From: Candidatus Uhrbacteria bacterium CG10_big_fil_rev_8_21_14_0_10_48_16 | Lineage (GTDB): Bacteria > Patescibacteriota > Patescibacteriia > UBA9934 > GWF2-40-263 | Direction of reading: 5' to 3' | Length of the DNA: 64,000 bases | Assembly (NCBI GenBank): GCA_002793515.1 | Contig: PFEU01000008.1 | Span: forward strand, 6,824-70,823 | Shown: piece by piece, positions 49,689 to 59,539 of the stretch | Layout: each line of letters opens with the position of its first letter | Position numbering within the stretch: position 1 is the first letter of the stretch | Notes under the pieces: model-generated | What the model was told of the DNA's origin: nothing | Seen by the model: only the letters and a program-made list of their open reading frames with translations | Database searches by the model: none | Position numbers and translations under genes: made by a program

Positions 49689-50453
49689 ATGGAACGAACA
49701 GAAAAAAAGACCGTTGAAGAGGTTGTGTCTCATGGAAACATCGACGCACAATACGTCCTAGATCATCCCGAGATGTTCCATGAGAAATCCATCCGCACAG
49801 CAAAGCAACACGCACAGCGCTATCAATTTGCAAAACGCTTTGTCAAAGACAAACACGTGTTAGACATCGCTTGTGGAACAGGTTATGGATCTCGGATTCT
49901 TGATGTGCACTCCTACGCAAGCTATATCGGAGTTGATATCGATCCAGATTCGATCGAACTCGCAAAAGAACGTTACGCGCCAAACAATCCGCGCGCCGTT
50001 TTTTTTACGGATGATGCAACCTCTTTACGGCACACGCCCATTCCTTCTGAATCCATAGACGTGGCTATTTCTTTTGAAACCATTGAGCACACTCCCTTCT
50101 ACAGAGATTTTTTAAAACACATGCATGATAAACTGAAGAAGGATGGACTGTTTATCGTCTCTACCCCGAATCGAGATGTTACCCATCCTGGAACAGATTT
50201 TTCTCACAAACCCACCTGGGACTTTCATACCCAAGAATGGGTCCTTGAAGAATTTTTAGCGTTGTTGGATGAAGAAAAATTCTCTCCCGTGCAGATCTAT
50301 GCGCAATCGTTCCGTGCCCACAAACTGTTCGGCTTCAACATTCCAGGTCTTGGAAGAATCCTCAGACATCTTTCTCTAACCGTTGTCCCATGGAACCTCT
50401 TTCGGTTTTTCGGGAAAGCAAATTTTTATATTCTGGTATGCAAAAAGAAGTAA
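49689..50453 (+). CDS. SAM-dependent methyltransferase
   Basis: H.QRY.FA, VLDIACGTGYG, SFETIEH and STPN motifs. Confidence 0.9.
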   Translation: MERTEKKTVEEVVSHGNIDAQYVLDHPEMFHEKSIRTAKQHAQRYQFAKRFVKDKHVLDIACGTGYGSRILDVHSYASYIGVDIDPDSIELAKERYAPNNPRAVFFTDDATSLRHTPIPSESIDVAISFETIEHTPFYRDFLKHMHDKLKKDGLFIVSTPNRDVTHPGTDFSHKPTWDFHTQEWVLEEFLALLDEEKFSPVQIYAQSFRAHKLFGFNIPGLGRILRHLSLTVVPWNLFRFFGKANFYILVCKKK

Positions 50454-51541
50454 CGCCATTCATTCCACAAACAGCTCCTTCCTACGGACACAAAGAGCGA
50501 GAAGCCATCGATCTGTATTTACAGTCCAATGCCTGGCTCACAGAATTTGAAAAAACCATTGCTTTTGAACAAGAGATCGCGAAACGCGCAACGACGACCT
50601 ACGCCAGCGTCGTCCCCAATGGAACAATTGCCCTTTTTCTGGCATTCACCGCACTCGGAATCAAAAAAGGAGACGAGGTCATCGTTCCAAATCTCACCAT
50701 GATCGCGACCCCAAATGCCGTACAGCTGGCCGGTGGAACACCTGTTTTCGCGGACGTGGATTCAGAGAGTCTTTGTCTCAATCCCGATGAAGTAGCCCGT
50801 CTCATCACTCCACGCACAAAAGCGGTTTGTCACGTATCTCTCGGAGGTCGCGTAGGACGCATGGAATCTCTTATGGAGTTGTGCCGTGAAAAAGGCATTC
50901 CCCTGGTCGAAGATGCCGCTCAAGCATTTGGATCATCCCATCGGGGGAAACCGGTTGGGTCCTTTGGGGACATCGGGATTTATTCTTTCACCCCACACAA
51001 AATCATCACGACCGGCCAAGGTGGAGCCCTTGTCACCAACCGAGAAGATCTCTATCAAGCGATCGAGCGGTTAAAGGACTTTGGGCGATTACAAGGAGGA
51101 GGTGATCACCACGATCATCTTGGTTGGAATTTTAAGTTCACAGATCTTCAGGCGGTCCTGGGTCTGGTACAGCTCGAAAATTTGGATGAACGCATCGACA
51201 AAAAACGAGAAATTTTTGCTCACTATCAATCGCAACTCACAGACGTTCCGGGAGTGACAATGCTTCACACGAATCTCGAGGAAACAACACCCTGGTTTAT
51301 CGAAGTCTTTGTTGAAAAGCCTCTTGCACTTGCATCGTTTTTGAAAGAGCAAGGGATTGGTACTCGTCCCATGTATCCAGCAATCCATACCCAACCTATC
51401 TACGCGCACATCCAAGGCGAATTTCCTGTAAGCACACACGCAGGAGCTCATGGACTCTGGCTTCCCTCCTCTTTGTCCCTGACCCCATCTGAGATCACGC
51501 GCATCTGTAATGCGGTAAAAGAGTTCCTTCGTTTTGTATGA
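50438..51541 (+). CDS. DegT/DnrJ/EryC1/StrS sugar aminotransferase (perosamine synthase-like)
   Basis: NGTIAL, VEDAAQAFG, SFTPHKIITTGQGG, GWNFK and LWLPS motifs. Confidence 0.92.
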   Translation: MQKEVTPFIPQTAPSYGHKEREAIDLYLQSNAWLTEFEKTIAFEQEIAKRATTTYASVVPNGTIALFLAFTALGIKKGDEVIVPNLTMIATPNAVQLAGGTPVFADVDSESLCLNPDEVARLITPRTKAVCHVSLGGRVGRMESLMELCREKGIPLVEDAAQAFGSSHRGKPVGSFGDIGIYSFTPHKIITTGQGGALVTNREDLYQAIERLKDFGRLQGGGDHHDHLGWNFKFTDLQAVLGLVQLENLDERIDKKREIFAHYQSQLTDVPGVTMLHTNLEETTPWFIEVFVEKPLALASFLKEQGIGTRPMYPAIHTQPIYAHIQGEFPVSTHAGAHGLWLPSSLSLTPSEITRICNAVKEFLRFV

Positions 51542-53454
51542 CAACCTACTGTGCGATCGCCGAAACCCTTGAGGATCTTCGACAGATTCGAGCATGGGAG
51601 AAAAAGCACCATGCATCCGTTCATGTGATCGCCCTTTCTCTTGAAGTGCTCGCCGAAGACCCAACCGCAGAACACATTTGGAATCTCCTTCCCATGGACG
51701 ACATCCTCTTTGAATCCTACGAGACAACTCAGCGACTCGGAGGTCTTTGGAGCGAATCTGAAAATGATGAAGAGTCCCGCATGTACAAAGAGTCTCTTCG
51801 GTATCATTTAGTAGAAGAATGCTGGTTTCATGCGCACGTAAGTTTTTCCGTCGCATCGGCCCTTATTCCCCTCTTTCACGCCCGTCAGTGGACGCTTCTG
51901 ATTCCTCAGACAGACTCCTATTTCATTGGTCCCTACGCACCAAACTTTGCAACTGCAGGAAAACGAAATGCCATGTTCACATCGACCTGCATTTCTCTCT
52001 TTACCCAAGAGCATATTCCGATTCGTTATCTTGATATCAAAACGTCATGGATACACCTGTCTGCGAAGATCTCCCTCATGATTCAAGGCATCTCAAAAGT
52101 TCTTTTCGATGGGATTGATATTCTTCATGCTCGATGGGTTCGCAGACCAACTCTCCGCCAACAGCTCACACAGGTAAGCGCTTCTCAAACAATACAAATC
52201 CTCTTCTCGGGATGGGGGAAAGATTTCTCCCGCTTTTTTCGATACGATGTGTTTCGAAAACACGCGAAAGACGCATCTATACACATCACAAATCTTATCT
52301 GGAGAGCACAAAAAAATCCCCAGACCCATGAAGATGCATCAACCGGAGATTTTCAAGAAGTGATTTTAAAAGAAGATATTCGACAACATGTCACGTATGG
52401 CTTGCGCTTGTCGTTGTTTCCCCTCTCCGTCTTCTGGAAGCGCTTCTTGTTTCTCAAAAAAACAATTCCTTCTCTCAAAAAATCTATTCAAGTCCTCTCA
52501 CACGATTATCCGGTTCTTCAGAACCCAATCGTGCAAGCAAACTCCCTCCAAATCTGTCTGTTTGGGATGCATTCAATATTTCTAGGCGCATGGACTCTCG
52601 AACACACACGTAAAAAATATCCAACTCTGACAACCTATGTGGGTTCTGACAGTGGCGGAGTTGAGGAACGTTTTGAACTGTTATGGGCAAAACAACAAGG
52701 ATTAACAGCCTTCAGTATTCCTCATGGATTTTTCGCATTTGCTGAACAGCCTTATTGGTATCTCGCGGATCATCTTCTCACGCAGACATCAGCAACCGCA
52801 CAACTTCTTCAAGCCCTTGGACGACCTCGCTCGGAAATCTCAGTGGTAGGTGCATTTCTTCCACAACAAAAACCACACCTCCTCGACAACCGAAAAATTC
52901 GAATCGTCATCGGAACACGTTCTCGTCGAGGACTTTGGTCAAACATGAGCTCTAAACATCATCTCTATCACGAAACCATCCATACCCTCATAGACACATT
53001 ACTGAACGATGAACGATTTGAAATCATCATCAAGTCACATCCAAATGGAGATCTGAGTGAGTACTACGACACGCTTGTTGCACAGAAAAAACATGCACGA
53101 CTCTCGCATGTTTCCAAAGGATGGAAGTCTGATGTTTTTGTGAGTCAAACAGATGTTCTTGTCTGCCTGGGAGAGGCTCCAAGTCTTCTCCTAGATGCCC
53201 TGTATGCACGTGTTCCCATTGTCTTTATTGAAGGAACGATGACTCGCGTGCTACAAAACATGCACTATGATTACCAGCAGGTTGCCCGAGTGGTCTCGAA
53301 TGGAACGGAAGCAGTGAATGCCATTCTTGAGATGACAAAAGACCAGACCTCGTATGAAGAATCTCTTCTTCCTCAAAACACCATGCTCGAGCGGTATGCC
53401 TTAGGAACCCACCCTGAAAAACAACTCATTGAATCCCTCAAACGCTATGTCTAA
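51538..53454 (+). CDS. Hypothetical GT-B-like protein, candidate nonulosonate transferase
   Basis: C-terminal FSIPHG, IIIKSHP and SLLLDALYARVPIV resemble capsule/sialyltransferase-like proteins; operon context. Confidence 0.5.
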   Translation: MTTYCAIAETLEDLRQIRAWEKKHHASVHVIALSLEVLAEDPTAEHIWNLLPMDDILFESYETTQRLGGLWSESENDEESRMYKESLRYHLVEECWFHAHVSFSVASALIPLFHARQWTLLIPQTDSYFIGPYAPNFATAGKRNAMFTSTCISLFTQEHIPIRYLDIKTSWIHLSAKISLMIQGISKVLFDGIDILHARWVRRPTLRQQLTQVSASQTIQILFSGWGKDFSRFFRYDVFRKHAKDASIHITNLIWRAQKNPQTHEDASTGDFQEVILKEDIRQHVTYGLRLSLFPLSVFWKRFLFLKKTIPSLKKSIQVLSHDYPVLQNPIVQANSLQICLFGMHSIFLGAWTLEHTRKKYPTLTTYVGSDSGGVEERFELLWAKQQGLTAFSIPHGFFAFAEQPYWYLADHLLTQTSATAQLLQALGRPRSEISVVGAFLPQQKPHLLDNRKIRIVIGTRSRRGLWSNMSSKHHLYHETIHTLIDTLLNDERFEIIIKSHPNGDLSEYYDTLVAQKKHARLSHVSKGWKSDVFVSQTDVLVCLGEAPSLLLDALYARVPIVFIEGTMTRVLQNMHYDYQQVARVVSNGTEAVNAILEMTKDQTSYEESLLPQNTMLERYALGTHPEKQLIESLKRYV

Positions 53455-54559
53455 ACGTATTGCCTTCATTTTTACGGGCGGACGAAAAATCAAGCTCCCA
53501 GACATTCGCTCTGGTTCATCTCCAGAAGATTTTTTTTATGGAGCCCTCGAACTCCAGCGAAGAGGCTATGACATTGATTTTCTCGAGGATGCCGATTTCA
53601 ATTCGGTGAAACTTTCTCTTTGGAAGAGGATAAAAAATCGTATTCCCGTGAACTATCGGTTATTCGATGAAACGGCGATTGAACGCTTCCATTCGAAAAA
53701 AGCTCTGCAACGACTCAACCAGTATGACATCCTCATCACCACAAACAACTCAGACGGTCTTGCGTTAGCCTATCTCAAAAAACAAAAGAACCTACGCTCG
53801 TCCATTATTTTTCTTTCGATGTGTCCCATCAAACCCCCAGACTCTTGGGTGAAGAAAAGACGTATGGAGATCTACCTCAACGAAATGATCTGGGGAGTGG
53901 AGAATACCCATGAGATCGACTTCCTCAAACATCTCTACCCTTCAAAAAAGATGCAGATACACTACATTCCTTTTGGGGTGGATGAGACATTCTGGAAGCC
54001 AGGAAGGAACGTCGCAAATCCCCCCTATGTTCTGAGTATGGGAAATGATAGTGGACGCGATTTCAACACGCTCATCAACGCATGGAAACCAGAATACCCA
54101 ACACTCAAACTCATTACACGGAGACCCCTTCCCCCGCTTCCCCAGAACATCGAGCATATTCAAGGAGACTGGGCCAAACAATATCTGACAGATGAGGCCA
54201 TTCGTACCGCTATTCAAGAAAGTTTGTTTGTTATTATCCCGGTCAAAGAAACGCTTCTTGCATCAGGACCAAGTGTTGCCATGCAGACTATGGCGTGCCA
54301 AAAAGCCCTTATTATTAACAAAACGAAAGGCTTATGGGCTCCTCACCTTCTACAAGATGGGGTCAACTGCTTACTGCCTGACCTACGTGAGCCAAACGCA
54401 TTCGCGCAATCCATTGAATCTCTTCTGAATGATGAGTCATTCCGTGATACGATTGCTCAAGGTGGAAGAACACTCTTTTTAGAACACTTTACAGTCAGTT
54501 CGATTGCGGACAGACTCGAAAAACTCCTCCCTCTTGTAGACACAAAAACAGCATCTTGA
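53447..54559 (+). CDS. Glycosyltransferase (GT4-like)
   Basis: IPFGVDETFW, GRDFNTL and SGPSVAMQTMACQK motifs. Confidence 0.85.
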   Translation: MSKRIAFIFTGGRKIKLPDIRSGSSPEDFFYGALELQRRGYDIDFLEDADFNSVKLSLWKRIKNRIPVNYRLFDETAIERFHSKKALQRLNQYDILITTNNSDGLALAYLKKQKNLRSSIIFLSMCPIKPPDSWVKKRRMEIYLNEMIWGVENTHEIDFLKHLYPSKKMQIHYIPFGVDETFWKPGRNVANPPYVLSMGNDSGRDFNTLINAWKPEYPTLKLITRRPLPPLPQNIEHIQGDWAKQYLTDEAIRTAIQESLFVIIPVKETLLASGPSVAMQTMACQKALIINKTKGLWAPHLLQDGVNCLLPDLREPNAFAQSIESLLNDESFRDTIAQGGRTLFLEHFTVSSIADRLEKLLPLVDTKTAS

Positions 54560-54580
54560 TCCCGCCAGACAAAATCTCCT

Positions 54581-55684
54581 ATGGTTCCTACCGATCCAGC
54601 TCACATTCTCAAGTCTCAAGACGTCGTAACTGGAGTCGCACGATTCCTTTCAAACCAACAGGATCCGCATGTTCCTGGATATGTTCGTTATTCTGCTTCG
54701 GGAGATCTCTTTTCTGATCATCAAAAAACAAACCTTGCGGGAAGTATCTTCGCCCTGAAACTCTACGCCATGCTTGGAGAGACAGACCAAAAACGCATCC
54801 AACCGATTGTCGATCGAGTCCTTTCCTTTCAGCGTCCTGACGGATCTTTCGCGGATCCATATGTCTGTAAAAAACGCTTCATTCGCAACACCCTCTCAAG
54901 CCTCAAACATAGAGACCTCTCAAATCTTGGAAACCAAAGTTATATCCGTGCAGAAACCAGGCAAGCCTATTCTGCCCTGCTCCTACACCACGTCCTCCCT
55001 CACAAGGTCGACGCAAACATTCCGACCACCCCACAAGCCATTCACACATTCTTATCCCGTCTGGACTGGACGCGACCCTGGGGCGCAGGAAGTCATTTTA
55101 GTCATCTTCTCTTTTTTCTTTCCCTCTTCAAGAAAACAAAAAAACTGACACAGGAGCAATACCTGGAAGCACGCTCAAGTGCCTGTACGTTTATCGCTTC
55201 CCTTCAACACGAAGACGGTGCCTGGTACACAGGAAATCCTTCTCATCGTCAAAAAGTAAATGGGGCAATGAAAGTCATCTCCGGACTGATTGTCGATGAT
55301 CTTCCCTTTGAACATCCTAAAGAGCTCATTAATCTTTGCTTAACCCAAGAAGCAACCCAGACCCATGATGCCTGCGACCAGATCAATCAAATTCTCGTTC
55401 TTCGTTATAGCACCCGATTACTCAATCACCCCTATCACCAAGAAGACATCAACACCTTTTGTCAGAACGCCCTCATACAGTGGGGGGCGTACTACTTTCC
55501 AGAGCATGGAGGATTTTCGTTTCATAAACACCGGGCAAACGATCGCTATTACTCAGCAAAGGTGAGCCAAGGCCTCAACGAACCAGACATCCATGGAACC
55601 ATTCTGTTTGTCTGGGGTTTAAGCATGATGAAACAACTCCTGCAGACAGAAAACCTTCCAAATTTCCATGAAATCAAGAGTTAA
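54581..55684 (+). CDS. Protein with prenyltransferase/squalene-cyclase-like QxxDGxF/W repeats
   Basis: SFQRPDGSF, SLQHEDGAW and YFPEHGGFS; helical; inside the glycan operon. Confidence 0.55.
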   Translation: MVPTDPAHILKSQDVVTGVARFLSNQQDPHVPGYVRYSASGDLFSDHQKTNLAGSIFALKLYAMLGETDQKRIQPIVDRVLSFQRPDGSFADPYVCKKRFIRNTLSSLKHRDLSNLGNQSYIRAETRQAYSALLLHHVLPHKVDANIPTTPQAIHTFLSRLDWTRPWGAGSHFSHLLFFLSLFKKTKKLTQEQYLEARSSACTFIASLQHEDGAWYTGNPSHRQKVNGAMKVISGLIVDDLPFEHPKELINLCLTQEATQTHDACDQINQILVLRYSTRLLNHPYHQEDINTFCQNALIQWGAYYFPEHGGFSFHKHRANDRYYSAKVSQGLNEPDIHGTILFVWGLSMMKQLLQTENLPNFHEIKS

Positions 55685-55703
55685 TCGTGTGCATCCACGC
55701 ACT

Positions 55704-56528
55704 ATGTCTATCAGCGTAATCATGTCCGTCTATAATGGCGAACGGTTTCTCCGTGACGCTGTGTTAAGTGTGCTCGATCAAACCTTTCACGATATTGAAT
55801 TGCTTGTCATCGATGATGCTTCAACGGATGGAACACTCCACCTCCTCGAGGAACTCGCCTCACGTGACTCCCGCATCCGCATCCTCACCAACTCGACGAA
55901 CCTGGGACTTACTAAGTCACTCAACCGTGCCCTTATGCACGCTCAAGGAGAGTTTATCGCCCGGCTGGACGCTGACGACATCGCCTTCCCTTCCCGACTC
56001 GAGAAACAACTCGCCTTCCTTGCCTCACATCCTGACATCGACATCGTGGGTACCGCCTACGAGTGGATCGACGAGCACGGCAACGTCATCGGTCGCCCAA
56101 ACGTCATCACCGACCCAGACGACATCCACCGGACGTTCCCACGCACCAACCCGCTCCTTCACAGCTCAGTCCTGATGCGCAGACACCTCCTTGATTCCAC
56201 AGGAGGATACGATGCGTCCTACAAAAAAGCCCAGGACTACGCGCTGTGGTTAAGACTTGCCCCCACCCACCGATTTGCAAATCTCCCTGAGATTCTCACA
56301 CAAAAACGTCTCAGCAAAGACATGCTCTCCTATGCGAGTGAGCGAAGTCAGCTTCGGTTCGCCGTCCGAGCACGCTATGAGGCACTTAGGCGCGGAGACT
56401 ACCCAATGTGGTATTTTATCTACATCTTGAAGCCGTTCATCGCCTCCATCCTTCCACGTGCTGTTGTTCGATGGATTCGGATTCACCTCTTTCATCAACG
56501 TCAGTATGAGCATCCAACCCTTCGATAA
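55704..56528 (+). CDS. Glycosyltransferase family 2
   Basis: SVIMSVYNGE, IDDASTD, GLTKSLN, ARLDADD and AQDYALW motifs. Confidence 0.93.
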   Translation: MSISVIMSVYNGERFLRDAVLSVLDQTFHDIELLVIDDASTDGTLHLLEELASRDSRIRILTNSTNLGLTKSLNRALMHAQGEFIARLDADDIAFPSRLEKQLAFLASHPDIDIVGTAYEWIDEHGNVIGRPNVITDPDDIHRTFPRTNPLLHSSVLMRRHLLDSTGGYDASYKKAQDYALWLRLAPTHRFANLPEILTQKRLSKDMLSYASERSQLRFAVRARYEALRRGDYPMWYFIYILKPFIASILPRAVVRWIRIHLFHQRQYEHPTLR

Positions 56529-58428
56529 GTATCTCACACGTGCATTGGGTCTCTTTGTGTTTCTTGCATTTCTCAGTCCCGTTTTTTTCTGGCCAACATT
56601 CTATGCTCCCTTCTCAAGTCTGACGCTGATCAGCTTTTTCTTTTGTGTAGAGATTGCTCTCCCATGCTATCTCCTTCTTTTGTCCCAGAAAAAACATCCC
56701 TTCGATGCATTTCATCACCCCGTCATTCGTGCAATCGCCCTTCTCATGCTTGTCATGATCCTTTCTTCCTTTGTTGGAGTAGACCCATTGAATAGTTTTC
56801 TTGGGACCATTGATCGTCCCGTGAGTGTTCTTGTCTACATCCACGGATTCCTTCTTCTTCTCTATACGCTTGAACTGTTCTCACGCGATGGGCGATGGAA
56901 AACACGGATCTCTCTTCTTATCATAAGCATAGCATCCGTCATCGCCTTGTACACCTTCGGAGAAGGGTGGCTATGGCCCACGTTTGTAACGTTTGAAGGG
57001 CGTACCGCAAGTCTCCTTGGAAGCCCGAATTATCTTGCGAGCTTCCTGATTCTCCCCACATTTTTGTCTATCGCCTATGCGTCAAACGTACACAAAAAAA
57101 TGCGACCCATTTTTTGGATGCTTGCCTTGAGCATGGTGATCGCCATCGTCTTATCAGGGACGCGTGGTGCCCTGCTTGGACTCATCGTAGGAGCTCTTAT
57201 CTTGGTAACCCCCTCTAGCTCCCCCTTAAAAAGGGGGAGGACCGGAGGTCTTGGCACCCGTGTCTCTAAAAGAATGCTCCTGGCGGGTCTGCTGACATTC
57301 CTCGGAGTGTTTCTGGTGTTCAGTGTGACGAATGTAAACTCGCTCATGGAACGCTTCACACAAACAACAGATGCAAATAGTTCTATGCGTCTCGTCTACT
57401 GGAACATGGCCGTTGAAGGCTGGAAGGAACACTCATTTCTTGGAGTCGGACCAGGAAATTTCTATACCATCGCAGACCCAGCGTTTACTCCCGATCTCTA
57501 TCAGCACACACACGCCTGGCCAGATAGCCCTCACAGCACCTTGTTCGAACGCCTCTCAACAACAGGACTTTTTGGACTATTTGCATGGTTCCTATTCCTC
57601 TTTTTCCTCATGCGCGCCCTGTGGCAACATCGTACACAGCCTGCCAACATCGCTCTTCTTGCGGGTATCATCGCGTACCTCGTTCAGGGATTATTCTTCT
57701 TCGACGGGATAAGTGATTTCATTCTGTTTCTCTTCGTCATTGCATGGACCTGTACATCCACCCCCTCAACCACCCATCAGGAACACCGATCTCCCTCTTT
57801 CCTCCTGGGAGGCGCTGGAGGGGTTCTTGCTCTCACAGGAATCTTCTTTCTCATCCTCCCCTTGCGCACAGAAGTTGCTCTGGCAGGAAAACAGCTTCTC
57901 CCTCAACAACAGATCATCATCGACGACCTGCTCATTTCTCAAACCGCTTTTGAACGTGCCACAACCTTGAACACGACACAGGACCCCGCTCACGTTCAGG
58001 AAGCCATAGACCTCTATGTCGAGAGTCTCGATCGTCACCCTCTCCGACAACAAGCCTGGAATGACCTCGCTTGGCTTTACTACATTCAAGCGTTCCTCCA
58101 ACAGACCATCGTGAGTGAAGAAGGAATCCTTTCGGCACAAAGAGCGATCCAACTTGCTCCCGGACGAATAGAAGCCACATCAACCCTTACGCAAATGCTC
58201 TTGCACACAGCTACCATTGCCTCAGAACAACAGCAGTACCCTCTCCTCATTGAGACTTACCTCTCGCTCATTGAACTTCAGCCGACGACGTATTCCTACC
58301 TTGCAAATCTTGCGACAAGTTACGCTCTTAATGGACAGATCGAAGAAGCGATCACAACAGCCAATACCCTAAAGCACCTTGACCCCCAGAGCACAGAATC
58401 CGTAAATGCCTTTTTAGAGAGCTTGTAA
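56506..58428 (+). CDS. O-antigen ligase-like (Wzy_C) protein with a C-terminal TPR-like region
   Basis: R.ASLLGSPNYLA, SGTRGALLG, LGVGPGNF and DSPHSTLFERL.TTG.FG motifs; TPR-like tail. Confidence 0.85.
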   Translation: MSIQPFDKYLTRALGLFVFLAFLSPVFFWPTFYAPFSSLTLISFFFCVEIALPCYLLLLSQKKHPFDAFHHPVIRAIALLMLVMILSSFVGVDPLNSFLGTIDRPVSVLVYIHGFLLLLYTLELFSRDGRWKTRISLLIISIASVIALYTFGEGWLWPTFVTFEGRTASLLGSPNYLASFLILPTFLSIAYASNVHKKMRPIFWMLALSMVIAIVLSGTRGALLGLIVGALILVTPSSSPLKRGRTGGLGTRVSKRMLLAGLLTFLGVFLVFSVTNVNSLMERFTQTTDANSSMRLVYWNMAVEGWKEHSFLGVGPGNFYTIADPAFTPDLYQHTHAWPDSPHSTLFERLSTTGLFGLFAWFLFLFFLMRALWQHRTQPANIALLAGIIAYLVQGLFFFDGISDFILFLFVIAWTCTSTPSTTHQEHRSPSFLLGGAGGVLALTGIFFLILPLRTEVALAGKQLLPQQQIIIDDLLISQTAFERATTLNTTQDPAHVQEAIDLYVESLDRHPLRQQAWNDLAWLYYIQAFLQQTIVSEEGILSAQRAIQLAPGRIEATSTLTQMLLHTATIASEQQQYPLLIETYLSLIELQPTTYSYLANLATSYALNGQIEEAITTANTLKHLDPQSTESVNAFLESL

Positions 58429-58429
58429 T

Positions 58430-59533
58430 ATGCGCATCTTTTTCTTCATCACAAAATCTGAACAAGGCGGAGCGCAAACACATGTCGCTCAACTCGCACG
58501 ATTTTTTATCTCACGTAACGATGACGTGATGATCATGAGCGCTCCAGGAGGATGGCTTGAAAAAGAAGCTCAAAAGATGGGAGCTTCTTTTGCGCCAAAT
58601 GCGTTTCTTGGAAATTCCGCAAATCCCCTACGGCTTGTTCGAGCCACACAACGCCTCTCTCAGGCCCTGAAAAGCTTTCGCCCTGATCTTGTCACGTGTC
58701 ACAGCACCGTCGCCGGACTCATCGGAAGGTTCTTCATCCGCAACCGCATCCCAACGATTTTTACCGCTCATGGGTGGGGCTTCACACAAGGAGCTCCGTG
58801 GCTCAGACGACGTCTCCTTCCTTTTCTCGAACGTCTCGCCGGTCGTTTTTCCTCCCAGATTATTTGTGTTTCGCACAATGACCTAGATCTTGCTCAACGT
58901 CAGCACATCGCCCCAAACAACACCCTCACTCTCATTCACAATGGGGTTGAGCTCCAAGCAGAGTCTCTCAAAAAACCTTCAGACGTCGTACACATCTTTT
59001 TCGTCGGACGATTAGCTCCTCCCAAAATTCCATCTCTCCTTCTAACCGCATTCTCACAGCTTGACCCTGAACTTCAACACCGCACACACATCACCATCAT
59101 CGGAAATGGACCTGACACACATCAACTTGCGTTAGACATTCAGTCGCACAACTTGAGCGGTTTCGTTGAACTGGCTGGAGCTCTGCCTCACGACCAAGTC
59201 CTCGAACGCCTCAAAGCGGAAGCGGATCTCTTTGTCTTGTTATCAAATTGGGAAGGGTTCCCCTATTCGATCTTAGAAGCGATGAGCGCAGGTGTTCCGG
59301 TGATTGCTTCTCGTGTTGGTGGCATTCCAGAAGCCCTCGCCTACGGAGGAGGAATCCTTATCGATAATCATGATCCCGATCAGATCACACGTGCGCTTGC
59401 ACAACTCATTCACGATCCATCCCTGCGGAGCTCGATGGGGATCACCGCACAACAATCGGTGCACGATCACTTTTCTCTTGAACAGATGTGTCAGCAAACA
59501 CTCGCGGTGTATCACAAGACTCTGTTACAATAG
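58430..59533 (+). CDS. Glycosyltransferase family 4
   Basis: GGAQTHV, FTAHGW, IHNGV and EGFPYSILEAMSAG (EX7E). Confidence 0.93.
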   Translation: MRIFFFITKSEQGGAQTHVAQLARFFISRNDDVMIMSAPGGWLEKEAQKMGASFAPNAFLGNSANPLRLVRATQRLSQALKSFRPDLVTCHSTVAGLIGRFFIRNRIPTIFTAHGWGFTQGAPWLRRRLLPFLERLAGRFSSQIICVSHNDLDLAQRQHIAPNNTLTLIHNGVELQAESLKKPSDVVHIFFVGRLAPPKIPSLLLTAFSQLDPELQHRTHITIIGNGPDTHQLALDIQSHNLSGFVELAGALPHDQVLERLKAEADLFVLLSNWEGFPYSILEAMSAGVPVIASRVGGIPEALAYGGGILIDNHDPDQITRALAQLIHDPSLRSSMGITAQQSVHDHFSLEQMCQQTLAVYHKTLLQ

Positions 59534-59539
59534 CTCCAT

